Numbered from the stretch's first letter, positions 48,901-60,700 are shown. The stretch is 64,000 nt of DNA from Amoebophrya sp. A120 (GCA_905178155.1 CAJINV010000002.1:9125412-9189411), one strand, 5' to 3'. Program-made: numbers and translations. Notes: a model not told the origin generated them from the sequence alone.

Positions 48901-51900
48901 GGCGGAAAAGCACGACGGGCGTCATGATCAGCATGGGCTCAAGTCACCTCAAGTGGACCAGCGCTACACAGAAACTAGTGGCGACCAGTACGTGTGAGGC
49001 CGAGCATCTTGCTCTCTTCCAAGGGCTGAAAGAGCTAACTTGGATGAAGAAGCTGGCGAGAGAAGTTTTAGGAGTTGATCCTCAGGTCGAGATTAGGTGT
49101 GACAACGTTGCAACCATCCAGCTAACGCAGGAAAGTACAGCAACGGGACGCACTAAGCATTTCGATGTCAAGATGTGTTACGTGGAAGAAACTCTAGATA
49201 GGCACGGCGCTACCGTGCAGTACGTGCATACGAACGAAAACCGCTCCGATTTTCTAACGAAAGCACTAGGACCGACTAAGTTCAAGGAAGTTATATCTTT
49301 TCTTTATCGGCAGTAGCATGCGAGTTTTGTAGATTTTATTTGAGGTAGAAAAATTGCTGATCGTGGACAAGCATCGAGAATTGCAAAAAGAAGATCTATG
49401 CACTATCGAAAAACAGCAAGACAGACAAGATCTATTTATACACTGGATGTGGCATTTGTAATGCAGATTTCTTACTTTTTACAGAATTCACAATGAAAGT
49501 TCTGTGATATCTATCGAAACAGCACTACAGTACAACGAAGAACTCTCTAAACAGCCTTACGAATGAGAAGTAAACTACCATGCAACTTTTTACAAAAAGA
49601 CGCTCGAAATCGGGTATACCACCGGCCGAGCAAAAGATCTAGATGTAAAAATTTTATCAAAAGATCATAGAGAAGCTTACTCTTGCCGGCGGTAGTAGTA
49701 GTAGATTAGATTTTGCAAAAACTAATCTAGGGGGGGTAGTGTGGACCTATCGGTCAAACAAGCACACTACTCGGTATAAAATTAGCAACTCAGAACGATG
49801 CAGCAAATGATGAGAGCGATCAAGGACCTAATAAAGTGATGACGTTCTACACCAAGAATGACAACACTAAAAACACGAACCACGAACATCAGGCCCCTGA
49901 TTATCCTAGTGATTAGCCTCGCAGTAATTATGTCTTGAGCTACCCTGATCGGGTGAATTTATACTCCGCAGCGCCGGCGTTCAGAGCACGGGACCACAGG
50001 GGGAGGTCGCAATCTGTTTCAAAGCTGCCTTGTGTGAAAAATAGACCCAGGGTAAAAGGATAGTAGTATCAAATGAAAAGCAGTAACTGCACAAAGTTAC
50101 TGCTTTTTTCCATAAGTATAGGCCGGCCAAGGTGCAGCAGCAAGCGGACGGGAAAAAGGTGGTGAAGTGAGTATGCTCTGCACTTGCCGGGAAGACCGCC
50201 GAGACGCTTTGCGTGGGAAGCTTTTTGTCGTGAGTTGCTTAAGTGCAACGGCTTCGCGTCGAGGCACATGGCTTCAGTTTTATATGTACGGCTTGGGCAT
50301 CAACCCCGGGAGGATCGTTTTGTATGGTAGAGGAATCGGTCTAAGGAAAGGGAGCTTGTTGTTGGAGGTGTGATCATCAAGCGTTTGGCAAGTAGATTCA
50401 GAACAAGACAGACCTTGCGTTCCCTTCATCCAGTGAGGCCTGACCAGGAAGGGGAGCGCGCGGGGCCCGGACAGGGCGCGGGAGGTGCTGCGCCTCTGGT
50501 CTGAATCTGCTTGGCACACTGTGATGCCTTGCACTTTTATCCGCGTACCAGCCTAATTCTTATCCCCCTAGCTGGCGCATCCAACAGCGAGACCCTGAGC
50601 AGAACCATTTTGCGAATGAGTAAGATTTTTTTTCTAGTAGTCAGGAAAGTGGACCATTGTCAGGAAAGCAATGCGAGTCCGATTCTCTTGTTGCTGCTAT
50701 GTATGCTTTGTATGTTTCCTGCCAGCTTGTAGTCGTCATGAAGCACTTCGTTTTGCCGCTCTTCGTTTGTTTCGTCCAAGGAGCTAGATCGCAAATTCGT
50801 GCGCTCCTTCGCCTTCGAAAAGTTAGATCTTCCCTGTGCCCGGTGTTGTCCCAAGTAGATTTAGATCTCTACCCTTTTACAGTCTTGCGGTCTTCGCCCT
50901 TAGTCTTACTTGCCCCATGTCTTGTAGCGCTAGACGTTCCGCGGACCCCGCGTCCTCGCAGGGGCTTCTCATTTTTTTCCGCCTAGCCAGCGGGTTGTTG
51001 CTTGGGGGGGGTAATAGCTTTGCATGAGAACTTTCTATGCATGCTTTATTCCGTTTCCGGCTTTGCATGAAAAAAATTTATTGGTTTTACTACAGCACCC
51101 TGCAGACTATCTGCTTTGACTGCGTAGAAGCAACCGGTGTAGTTTTTCCTAGCGCACTAGTTTCGCCCGCTGCTACCGGGTCAGTAGTTAGAAAAATTCA
51201 GGTTGCGCGGTCTCTAAATGGTCCGCGGGGGTGGCTTAAGTTTTGACTGGGTGACTTGTTAGCTCTAGAAAAAGTTCGCTTTTGTATTTGCGAAAGCAAA
51301 AACTTTGCATGGCAATAAATTCAGGCTCAGCTCAGCCGGTGTAGATAGTATCCCCCCGCACTGCTATGCCCCCAAACACATCTTTCCGGACGCTGCAAGG
51401 TGAAGAGATGTGGCGTGTGCCGCTGCTACCGGCTCGACACGTAAAGGAAAACGAATCCGCGCGCTCGGCTTGGTAGCTACCCCCATGCCGTTCGGGTTTT
51501 AGCTGCCACTGGCGTCATTGATCGGCGTTGCCAATATCCCCATCCCGATGATTTCCATCTCTACGTTTGTGTATGGTGCGTAGGAGCTTGCTCCTTTTTT
51601 GTGCCGCGGTGTCGGAGGTTTTGCAGCATGCACGCACAAACAGTATTCTTGGAAGCGGAGGGGGGGCGCGGGACCCCCATCAAGTCGCCGCGGCGCGAAG
51701 CCGCAAATCCTTGGGCCACGTCTACCACCAGAAGTATTCCGCCCGGGGGCCGCTCCTTGAACCACCAGAAGTATTCCGCCCGGGGGCCGCTCCATGAACC
51801 TTGAGCCCCGCACTGCTATCCCCATTCCACATTGTTCCGGAGGCTGCGAGATGGAACCATGTGGCGTGTGCCGCTGCTACCGGCTCGACACGAAAAAACG

Positions 51901-54900
51901 AATCCGCGCGCTCGGCGCGGTAGATACCCCCCCGCCGTTCGGGTTTTAGCTGCCACTGGCGTCATAAATTGCGTTCTACAATCTCCTCCTGATGATTTTC
52001 ATTTGTTCTTTTTGTGTATGGTGCGTGAGAGCTTGCACTCATTTTGGCCACGTTGTGGTAGTTTTGCAGCATGCACGCACAAACGGGATTCTTGAAAGCG
52101 GAGGGTGGGGGGCGAGACCCCCATTTAGTCGCCGCGGCGCGAAGCCGCAAATCTCGCGCTCACGTCCACCATCAGAAGTGTTCCAGCACGGGGCCGCTCC
52201 ATGAATTGAATTGAGTCCACCGCCAAGTAGTCGGTTTGAGCGGTTTCACGGCGTCAGCGACCGTTTTCCGGCCTATCGGCCTGCTTCCGAACCTGCTCAC
52301 TCTCCGCCACCCAAGGTCGACATTTGCGGTTATCCCGACGTTGCTGCAGACCCGATAGCTACCGATAGCTCCGACGTGTCGAATTCACATGGCCACCGGT
52401 GAAAGCTTCCCGCTCGTCCTCAACCCGCTGCTGCGGCGCCCTGTCCCTGGTCCTCTACTTACCCCCCGCAGCTCCATCTCGAACTTGCTGATGCCGTTTT
52501 CCGGAAAAGACTAGTTTATGGTGCTGGTGGTCAAAAACCTCGTTCTCCACCTGCTGCTTCGCGAAGCGCCATGGATGCAAAGGGGAATTTTCCCACATTC
52601 CGCTTTGCGCATGGTACGCACGGGAAGCAGCACATACGGGGGACAAGGGGCGCGACTGCCAGCGCCCGCGGACCGGGGCGGGGTTCAACGGCCCCAGCTT
52701 TCCCGCTGCTGCACTACCCGGGCCAGATCACACGACCTTCCTGTACTTCGGCTACCTCAAGTTCCCACTCGTCCGGCGGACTGTGCCTGTACTTCGCGGC
52801 CGTTTTGAGTGGTGTTTTTACGCTCCGCCCTACTCGACTCCCCGTATGCGGTCGGACACCTCCAGCTTGCTGTGCGCCACGTGGCGAGCCGGTTCCAACT
52901 ACAAGTCGTCCGCCGACACGGGGCAGAACTTCGATTATCACTGACGGCGGGGCAGATAGAACTACTTCATCACTTCCACCGGAGGGCTCAACGGTCCCGC
53001 CCCTTCCCCCCTCGTTCGTTCGTAGTACTTCGTTGTAAAAAATTAAAAGTAGTGCTTTGTCGTAAGCGAATAGAGTACTTCTACAACCGTTTTACCAGCC
53101 GCAGGTTTGCATCTGCGGCTACTGCTACTCTGCAAACGCCCGGTGTATTTTTCAAAAAAAAACATGATCTGCCTCGCTGCTACCGGGGTTAGGACGTACC
53201 TCATTCAGGGCGGGCGGTAGCTAAATGCAGACCTGTGCGGGCTTATGTTTTCTGAAGCGCGCACACAGTCACTAGCGTAACGCAGTAGCTTAATCATTTC
53301 TGACCGTTTTACGAACTTCGTCAAAAAATCCGGGGCTGCTTCCTCCCGCAGTAAATAGAAGGGTTTAGGTGTTTAGGGTTTTCCGATTCAGAAAAAAAAG
53401 TTCTTCGTCATCGTGGAAAAAACTGGATCGGACGTGTGCCGCTGCTACCGGCTCGACACGTAGAAAACGAATTTCGCGCGTTGTGCGGGAGTAGCTACCC
53501 CTCCCCTGCTTCGGGTTGTAGTTGCCACGGGCGTCATTGATTGCGGTCGACAATATCCTTTCCCGATGATTTCCATCTCTACGTTTGTGTATGGTGAATA
53601 GGAGCTTGCTCCTTGTTGTGCCGCGGTGTCGGAGGTTTTGCAGCATTCACGCACAAACAGTATTTTTGGAAGCGGAGGGGGGGTGCGGGACCCCCATCAA
53701 GTCGTCGCGGCGCGAAGCCGCAAATCCCTGGTTTTCGTTCACCATCAGAAGTGTTCAACCGGCGGGGCGCTCCACTGAAACTGAAACTGAGTCCAGTCCT
53801 CCCTTGGCAAAAAAAAAAAAAAAAAATTTAGCCTGACAAGTTCTGATCTTCCAGACCCAGACATTTTCGCATTTGATACGGAGCTGGCGAAGACTAAGAC
53901 CAAGCACGACGAGGAGCTGCGGTTGTTGCAGAGCGAGTTGGTGTATCAACTGTAAAAATGTCTGGGTCTGGAAGAATCCAACTTGTCATGCTGATTTTGG
54001 ATTCTAAAAAAATCTGTATTGCATGAGCAGCAAAGAGAGTCCAAGTTTTGCTACACGGAAAGAGCGTTTGCCATGCGGTATAGGCATCAGGAAGCCGTCA
54101 CAAAATCTGTGATGCTAGGGCATGCATCACAGACATCAGGAGTCATGCAAAATGTGCATGACAAACCGAAACCTGGCAATCTTCCAGACCCAGACACTTT
54201 TACATTTGATATGGTGATGCTGGGCAAGCGCCAGCAGGAGGCGGCGCAGGAAGCGGAAAAGGGCCGCAAGACTGCGAACCAGGCCGAAGTCGAGCAGTAC
54301 AAGGCCGTGATCGCGCAGCAGGCCAAGCAGATAGAAGGTTTGGAGAAAGGTTTCGCGCTGTCCCACGAAAAGCTGAAGTCGGAGCTCGAAGCCAAGTTTC
54401 TGCGCCAGGACGCCGAGGTTCGGCACCAGATCGCGAGCTCGGTCGAAACCGTATCTTCCGGTGTTTTCAGCCTCAGGGAGGAGCAAAAGGAGGCGAAGCG
54501 ACTGTTCGAGGAACACGTGCAGACCGTGCTAGCCGAGAAGCTGGAGGAGAAGAGCAACAGCGTACGTAACAAACCAGTCGATGCCGCGGGGTTGTCCGAG
54601 CGACAGCGGGAGCACGTCCTGCAGTTGGTGAAGGAACTCAAGCTGGAAGAAGTGCTGGAACGGAAAATTCACAGCGAACTGGATCTGTTGCAGGAGTCGG
54701 TCGAGTATCAAATGTAAAAATGTCTGGGTCTGTAAACTTGTCATGCTAAATCTGAAGCATGCAAAAATCTCTGTTGCATGATTACCAAAAGTCGTCCAGT
54801 TTTGACCAAGTCGGGAGGGAGATTCTCATGCAGGATAGGCATGAGAGAGATCGCACAGAATCTGTCATGCTAGGTCCTGCATTCCAGACCTCATGGGTCA

Positions 54901-56687
54901 TGGAAAAGCTGCATGACAAGTCGCGCACTCTTCCAGACCCAGACACTTGCATTTGATATCGAGTTGGAGGCCAGCATGCAGAAAAATCGCGTCGATGCGC
55001 TGGAGCGGCTGGTGCGAAACAGGAAATCCTCTGCAAGCGGCACTGCATCAACATCATCCTCGAATAAAGCGCTGCTGGGAGCTGCAGCTCCAGGTGATAA
55101 TCAAGAGCAGGAATTTTTGTCTGAGCCCGACCGGCAGCTCGCGCTTGTCAGCAGGAGCGCCGCAACTGCAGCGAACGGGGGCAACTCCACCGTGCAGGAT
55201 GCAAAGGCGCTGTTGGAAAGCACGCTGGCCGTGCGGGAGGCAAAAGTGGCTCTGCAAAACGAAGGGGCAAGAATAAACACGAAGCTGCTGCAATTCGACG
55301 AGAAAGAGGCGAGACTGCGGAAGGAAGTAGAGTCCCTGCGAGCGGAGTTTCAACGGGTACATTTGATGTTTTTTACTATCCGCAATGCTGCGACGGTGTT
55401 TTGCGTTTGCCTGCTGCACTGCTGACGAGAAAATCAACACTGCATCGATCGGTACTTCTATATTCGTTTGACGATATCGTGGTCTGGTCACCGAAGACAA
55501 AATGAAAATTTATGATAAAACGTTCTTCATCATCATCTTCAGCTCCAATCCGGGTCGGACCAGATGAGTCGCACAGTGGCGGAGTTGCAGCGCCTTGGCG
55601 AAACGAGGATCAAAGACTTGCAAACCAAAGTGCAGCAAGCTGTGACCCCGCGGTACCCGGGGATGCCGCCTCCCGGGCCCGCAGGCGGAGTGAATAGTTC
55701 GACGTCGCAACAAACTACAAGCCAGGTGGCACAGCAAGCACCCGCCGCGAGCGGGACGACCGCGGCCGTGAACCAAACGCAAACACAAACGCAGCAGATC
55801 GTAGCTGCCGCGGGGGATCCGCTGAGCAACACGGCAGCCGGCAATCGGCAAATCACCATGCAGCAGACGACGACCTACAGCACGAATTACAACGTCGGGG
55901 CCGCACCAGTTGTGGGCTACACCCCAGCAGGGCACTTAGTACCCACACTGCACCAGCCCTTTCTCGTCCGCCCGCCCGCCTATCGTACAGAAAACGCAGC
56001 TAGCATCATGTCATGTGTAGTGTAAAATTTTGCATGCGAACAGCCAGTTCATTCTCATTGTTTCCGGTTCTCAGTATGGCGGGGATTCATTTTTAGAAAG
56101 AGCGTCCTCCCACGAAATTATTTTTGTCTTGCAGTGCTTGCTTCCATGTGTGTCCATCGTACTTACGTGCAATTGATGATAAGTAAGTATGTTGGTGTTC
56201 ATCTTCAGCTTGACGCTGTGCTATTTCTTTTCTCTACGATACTCCGGGAGCGCAACCGGCGACTACAGTTTCTGACGCGGATTACCTGCAGGCCCTGTAC
56301 CGAAACCTGGAACTGCAGACGCCGCAGGTCCCGCAACTCCAGCTCCTGCTTGGGGACGTGGAGCAGAAACAGGACTACGCGAATGATCTGAATGTCCAAA
56401 CAACAAACTACAACAGCAGGAGCCCAGGCACTACTACCAGTGCGGTGCTTGGTTATTTGAATAAAGGGGAGGGACTTCAGGAATCGAATTTGGAAAGAAA
56501 ACCAGCGGGTGTAGTTTTGCCGAATGCAACTACGACTAAGACCAACTACGACTACGAAGTAGTAAACCAGAATCCGTACGTGATGAATACGACACAGACT
56601 GCGTTGCAGCCGGTCCGCGGTCCACAGTCGTACTTGCAGCAGACCCCGGGTGGCGCAGACGACACCGGCGGCTGCGGAGTGCAGTGA
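42935..56687 (+). CDS. Coiled-coil protein gene interrupted by three introners (one 10.2 kb) and canonical introns
   Basis: Heptad-rich exons ~43078-43257, 43552-43683, 53884-53943, 54217-54705, 54964-~55356, ~55543-55982, ~56240-56687. Across introners it reads in frame: VQAE|LAKTKTKHDEELRLLQSELV|MLGKRQQ...ESVE|LEASMQK. The start is uncertain. Confidence 0.75.
44570..44828 (+). repeat. 5' LTR of copia
   Basis: TGTGGACC...GGACCACA; about 8 substitutions versus the 3' LTR, counted by eye. Confidence 0.95.
45020..45878 (+). pseudogene. gag: Copia gag (frameshift near the 5' end)
   Basis: ATG 45020; LPTFSGKDEDYADYRFQLRAYL in the shifted frame; zinc knuckle CYVCGSESHYARDC; TGA at 45876-45878. 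Confidence 0.85.
45879..49316 (+). pseudogene. pol: Copia pol (protease, integrase, reverse transcriptase, RNase H) split by ~3 frameshifts
   Basis: PR FVVDSAA; IN HERRGH..CHAC, DLVGP, RSDNGLEF, QNGKCERFN, KGVFVGY; RT LDIAQAF, LRKALYGL, YVDD; RH TDSDFA, STCEAE, CDN, TKHFDVK, SDFLTKAL. Confidence 0.92.
49740..49998 (+). repeat. 3' LTR of copia
   Basis: Direct repeat of 44570-44828, preceded by the PPT and followed by the GGGGG TSD. Confidence 0.95.
51400..53790 (+). repeat. Three diverged ~350-400-bp direct repeats inside the poly(A) insertion
   Basis: GTGTGCCGCTGCTACCGGCTCGACACG...CGCGAAGCCGCAAATC...CACCA(T)CAGAAGT units start at ~51410, ~51860 and ~53430. Confidence 0.8.
53944..54211. mobile_element. 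Introner-like element, family A (268 bp)
   Basis: Family A TIRs; TSD TGGTG; in-frame TAA inside; removal restores ELV|MLGK. Confidence 0.92.
54706..54958. mobile_element. Introner-like element, family A (253 bp)
   Basis: Family A TIRs; TSD TCGAG; removal restores ESVE|LEAS. Confidence 0.92.
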
Positions 56688-57707
56688 AAGGTTGCGGCTT
56701 ATCAGGATGCAGGCCGACTTTTGCATTTTTAGAAGAATTTGTGGCTCATCTTCGGTGGACGGGGCAAAAGATAGAAAAACTACATCGACTTCGAGTGCAC
56801 CAAGCACTGAATCCATTGTCGCGTCGTCGCGTTTTTTCGTTTCACTTTCAACACATTGCGTCTAAACTTAGTTTGTTTCATCGTTGTCCTTCAACTTTGA
56901 ATGACGACTTCGCTAATTGTTCTAGTGCTAGGCCTGTAAAATTTTCCTGGTTTCACATTTCCACTCGTAGCGCGGCTGCAACATGCGATCTGGTGGTATT
57001 CATACACTGCTAGTTCGTTGTCTGTCGCCCATGACAGACGAAAGATGCAATCGATACGGGCGCATCTAGCAGGAAGATATTCGAAATGTACAGAAACGTT
57101 GTAGCGAAATTCATCGTGGTGCCATCCTCATATAGATACTTACCGCAACTGAGAGAGGAGAGAGTGAGTAAGGGAGGAAGTAGTTGGCTTCCTTCAAGGT
57201 CTTCAGAGCGCATTCATATTGTGTTCACGCAGATAAAATTGGTCCCACTACCAGCCGCGATGGCCATCATTGCGAATGACGGTGAGTAGGAAAAGCAAAT
57301 CTCACTGTACCGTACAGAAGCTGAAACTCTAACTCTCTTCCAGTACTTCGATGATACGTTTTTGCTTGACGCTCGGACAAAGCATCGCTTGATTTTCCTT
57401 CGGTGACCCCATCCACAATAACAATAAGTGCCATTGCCCTACCCAGGAACAGGATCCGGTTTATGTGCCCGAAAAAGTACCCTCACCCTCTTTTTGTAGA
57501 GCAGGATTTCTGATACTGATCGTGATGGGATTTCGTTTACAACGAATTGCAGGTGTCGCTTCACTTCTGGACAATACCAGCATGAATAACTAGAACTACA
57601 ATCACTGACGTTTATTCACAGTATTTGCTCGGGATCCACAGCGTCACCACTTTCGGTAATTTTGTGCTGAGTGTCGGTTCGATCTTCCCCGTCTTTCAAC
57701 ATTCAAG

Positions 57708-60700
57708 ATGACAGGTATCAAGGCCGTTGTGCCGGACGCAGTTCCGGAGATGCCCCAGTGGAAGACCACTGGGGAGCACATGTCCATTGCTGGCACCCTA
57801 ACCCTGGATACGTCCAAGAAGTGCTTTTCCGTACCTGGCGTGACGGACACGCCCACGTCGAGCACGACAAGTACCGCGACACCAGGAACGGCGGAGCTTT
57901 CGATCAACGACGTGTTTTTTGTCAAAGAAGGCAGTTTTGAGGACCACCGGGGCGACTACGTGAACGTGCCCGTGCCGTTTCCCGTGCTGGAAGGCGGGGT
58001 GGCTGCTTCGAAGAAGAACGTCGCCCGGGGGTTCCACTGTTCGCCCTTCCCGAAGGTGGTGGGGTGTCTAACCGGAAAAATGTATGACGTGTTACTGGAT
58101 CTACGGACGGCGAGCACGACGTTCGGAAAAATCTTCACCTGCACGTTGCTGCCGAAAAAGGGTATAATCTATAATTTCAGCTGTGATGGTCATGGTGAGG
58201 ATAAGCATAAGAAGAGCTCGGCTTCACCGCCTGTGGTGCTCGGATCTGTTCCTGCCTCTTTTGTAGCCATGATGTACGTAGTCAGTGATCATCAGCATGT
58301 CATTTCTGTCAACATTCTCGCTGCCGTTGCTATTCTTGATTACGAGGAACGAGTATAGTAAAAGCAGAAGCACACGGAAAAAAAAATCGACATCAAAACA
58401 GGCTACCTCTACGTGCCGGCCGGGGTGGCGCACGGGTACGTGGCCCTGGAGGATGACACGTTGACGCAGTACTACAAGGGGGATTTTTTTGATCCCGCGA
58501 AAGAGATCAACGTGAACATGGAAAGCACCGAATTCACCATTTTTGGCACCGCCTCCTTCCCGCTTAAGGCTGAAGACTTGATCTTCTCCGAGAAGGACAA
58601 GGCGCTGCCGAAGTTCGAGGACGTTTACGCGGCCTGTCTGGTCCCGAAAGAGGAGCAAAAACCGAAGAAGGTCTGGTACGCGCTATTACAGTGAAAAATG
58701 CCCCCACCCCCAAAGTTGCAAAAATGTGTGATGCGAAGTTTCCAAATGAAAACCTTTTGCCATGCATGAAAGGAGTATGAATCTTTCTGATGCAGAGTCT
58801 AGGCGTGTATCGCATCGCTTGCATGACAAGCGGTAAGCTTGGTGGAGTCTTCTGCAATACAAATTTTTGCTGTTTACGATTGGAAACCTGTGATGCTGAT
58901 AGATGCAAGAGGGCGAATGTTTCATTTGGAAAGGTTTGCAACACAAATGCTCCCAAGTAATTCGGGGTCGGGGGCATTTTTCATTGTAATACGCGCCCCA
59001 CAAGTTCGAGTCGTACGGGGACGAAGAGTATGAAATGCAAAAGTGTCTGGGTCTGGAAACTTGTAATGCAAGTCAGCCAATAACAAATGCAGTGTAATGC
59101 GCCGCCAAGCATGACAAGTTGCTTCGTGGTTCTGTGCTGCGTATTCCGCATGAGAAACTGCGTTTTTGCATCACAGGCGAGAGAGGCTGTTTGTGGCCAC
59201 GCAATACAGATTTAAGGGCCATGCCAGATCAGCATGACAAATCTCGCAATCTTCCAGACCCAGACACTTTTGCAGTTGATAAAGAGATGATGGCGGTCTC
59301 GCGGTGTCTGCGCGCAGGCTGGCTCGCGCCGGGCCCTATGGATTGCAAAAATGTCTGGGTCTGGAAGATTGCCAGGTTTGTCATGCAGGTTTTCCATAAC
59401 ACATGAGGTCTGGCATGTAGGACATAGCATGACAGATTCTGCGAAACCTTTCCAATGCCTATCCTGCATGAGAAACTGCCTCTCGATTAGCTCAAAAGTG
59501 CACAATTTTTGGCAATCATGCAACACAGTTTTTTGCCTGATTCAGATTTAGCATTACAAGTTGCATTCTTCCAGACCCAGACATTTTTACAGTTGATAGG
59601 CCCGCTGACCTCCCTGTTCCAGCAGAAGGTGTCCAAGTACTTCGGGAAGAAGTACGGCCTGTACGTATCCTGAGTAAAAACGTACCCACACCAGAGTTGT
59701 AATGCAGATTTGCAAAGACAGGAAGACTTGTATTGCGCATCTCCATGAGAGCCATTTCCAATCGTGTTGTGGAATTTGTGATGCTGTGAACAGGATGAGC
59801 AGATGAATCTGTGATGCGGCTGCACTTGTTAACCTGCACTACATTGCATAGTGCAACTTGTCATGCGTGACTCACAAAGCTCCTAGGTTTGTGTTGCAAA
59901 ATCCCCATCCTGGCTCTGGTGTGGGTACGTTTTTACTCAGGATAGTACGTGAATTCCGGGTCCTCGGCGAACCTGATCGGCATGGCCATGTGCGATATGC
60001 CGGCCGGCAGCGAGATCATCACGCCCGCCTGCACCTTCAGCACGGTGTTGGCGCCCATTGTGCAGCTGGGGTTCAAACCCGTGTTTGTCGACGTGGAGCT
60101 GAACAGCTACGTGCCCACGCTGGAAGCGATCAAGAACGCCATCACGGAGAAGACCAAAATGCTGATGATCCCGAATTTGGTGGGGTCGAAGATCGACTGG
60201 AAGGAGATGCGGCGGATCGTGGAGGAGGACCTGAAACGGGACGACATCATTCTCTTCGAGGACTCCCTATCAAATGTAAAAATGTCTGGGTCTGGAAGAA
60301 TGCAAGTTTGTCATGCTTGTCTGCCATGACTCTTAAATCTGTCATGCACATTACCAAAGAGCCCCACTTTTCTGTCATGGAGAAACGTAGTTTGTCTTTG
60401 TCATGCAGAATAGGCAACACCTAGAAGCTCAGAAACTTGTCATGCTGAGCCAGCAATTGTCGCCTCCTCATGATACGCCACACAGCATCACAAGTTTCCA
60501 GACCCAGACGTTTTTCGGTTTGATACTCCTGCGACTGCATGACGTACACGGAGGAGTCCGACATCTCCGCGATCTCCTTCTACGCCTCCCACATCATGAC
60601 GGGCGGTGGCATGGGCGGCATGATCATGATGAACACGGAGAAGCTGCTGAACAAAGCCTTTCAGTACCGGGACTGGGGCCGCATCGGCAACAACGACGAG

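Larger units (their letters stand above)
44570..49998 (+). mobile_element. Full-length Ty1/copia LTR retrotransposon (frameshifted)
   Basis: 259-bp LTRs with TG...CA ends, GGGGG TSD, purine tract at 49729-49739, gene order gag-PR-IN-RT-RH. Confidence 0.96.
43905..53826 (+). mobile_element. Poly(A)-tailed insertion with an 18-bp TSD (non-LTR/TPRT-type), ~4.5 kb excluding the copia
   Basis: ATTTAGCATGACAAGTTC (43887-43904) is repeated as ATTTAGCCTGACAAGTTC (53826-53843) immediately after an A18 tract (53809-53826). The 5' end has AAAGGGTCGT x3. No recognisable RT ORF. Confidence 0.7.
43684..53878. mobile_element. Giant family A introner (10,195 bp) expanded by nested insertions
   Basis: Left TIR TATCAAATGTAAAAATGTCTGGGTCTGGAA at 43684; right TIR ...CCAGACCCAGACATTTTCGCATTTGATA ends at 53878; TSD CGGAG (43679-83 / 53879-83). 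Removing the nested insert leaves 256 bp, the normal family size. Confidence 0.9.

Noticed and set aside
43684-53878. Autonomous introner encoding its own transposase
   Set aside because: The only recognisable enzymes belong to a copia element with its own LTRs and TSD; no independent transposase ORF is visible.
25883-60525. Recurrent peptides KMSGSG / PDPDTF / NVWVWK as a protein repeat
   Set aside because: These are translations of the introner TIRs, not coding repeats.
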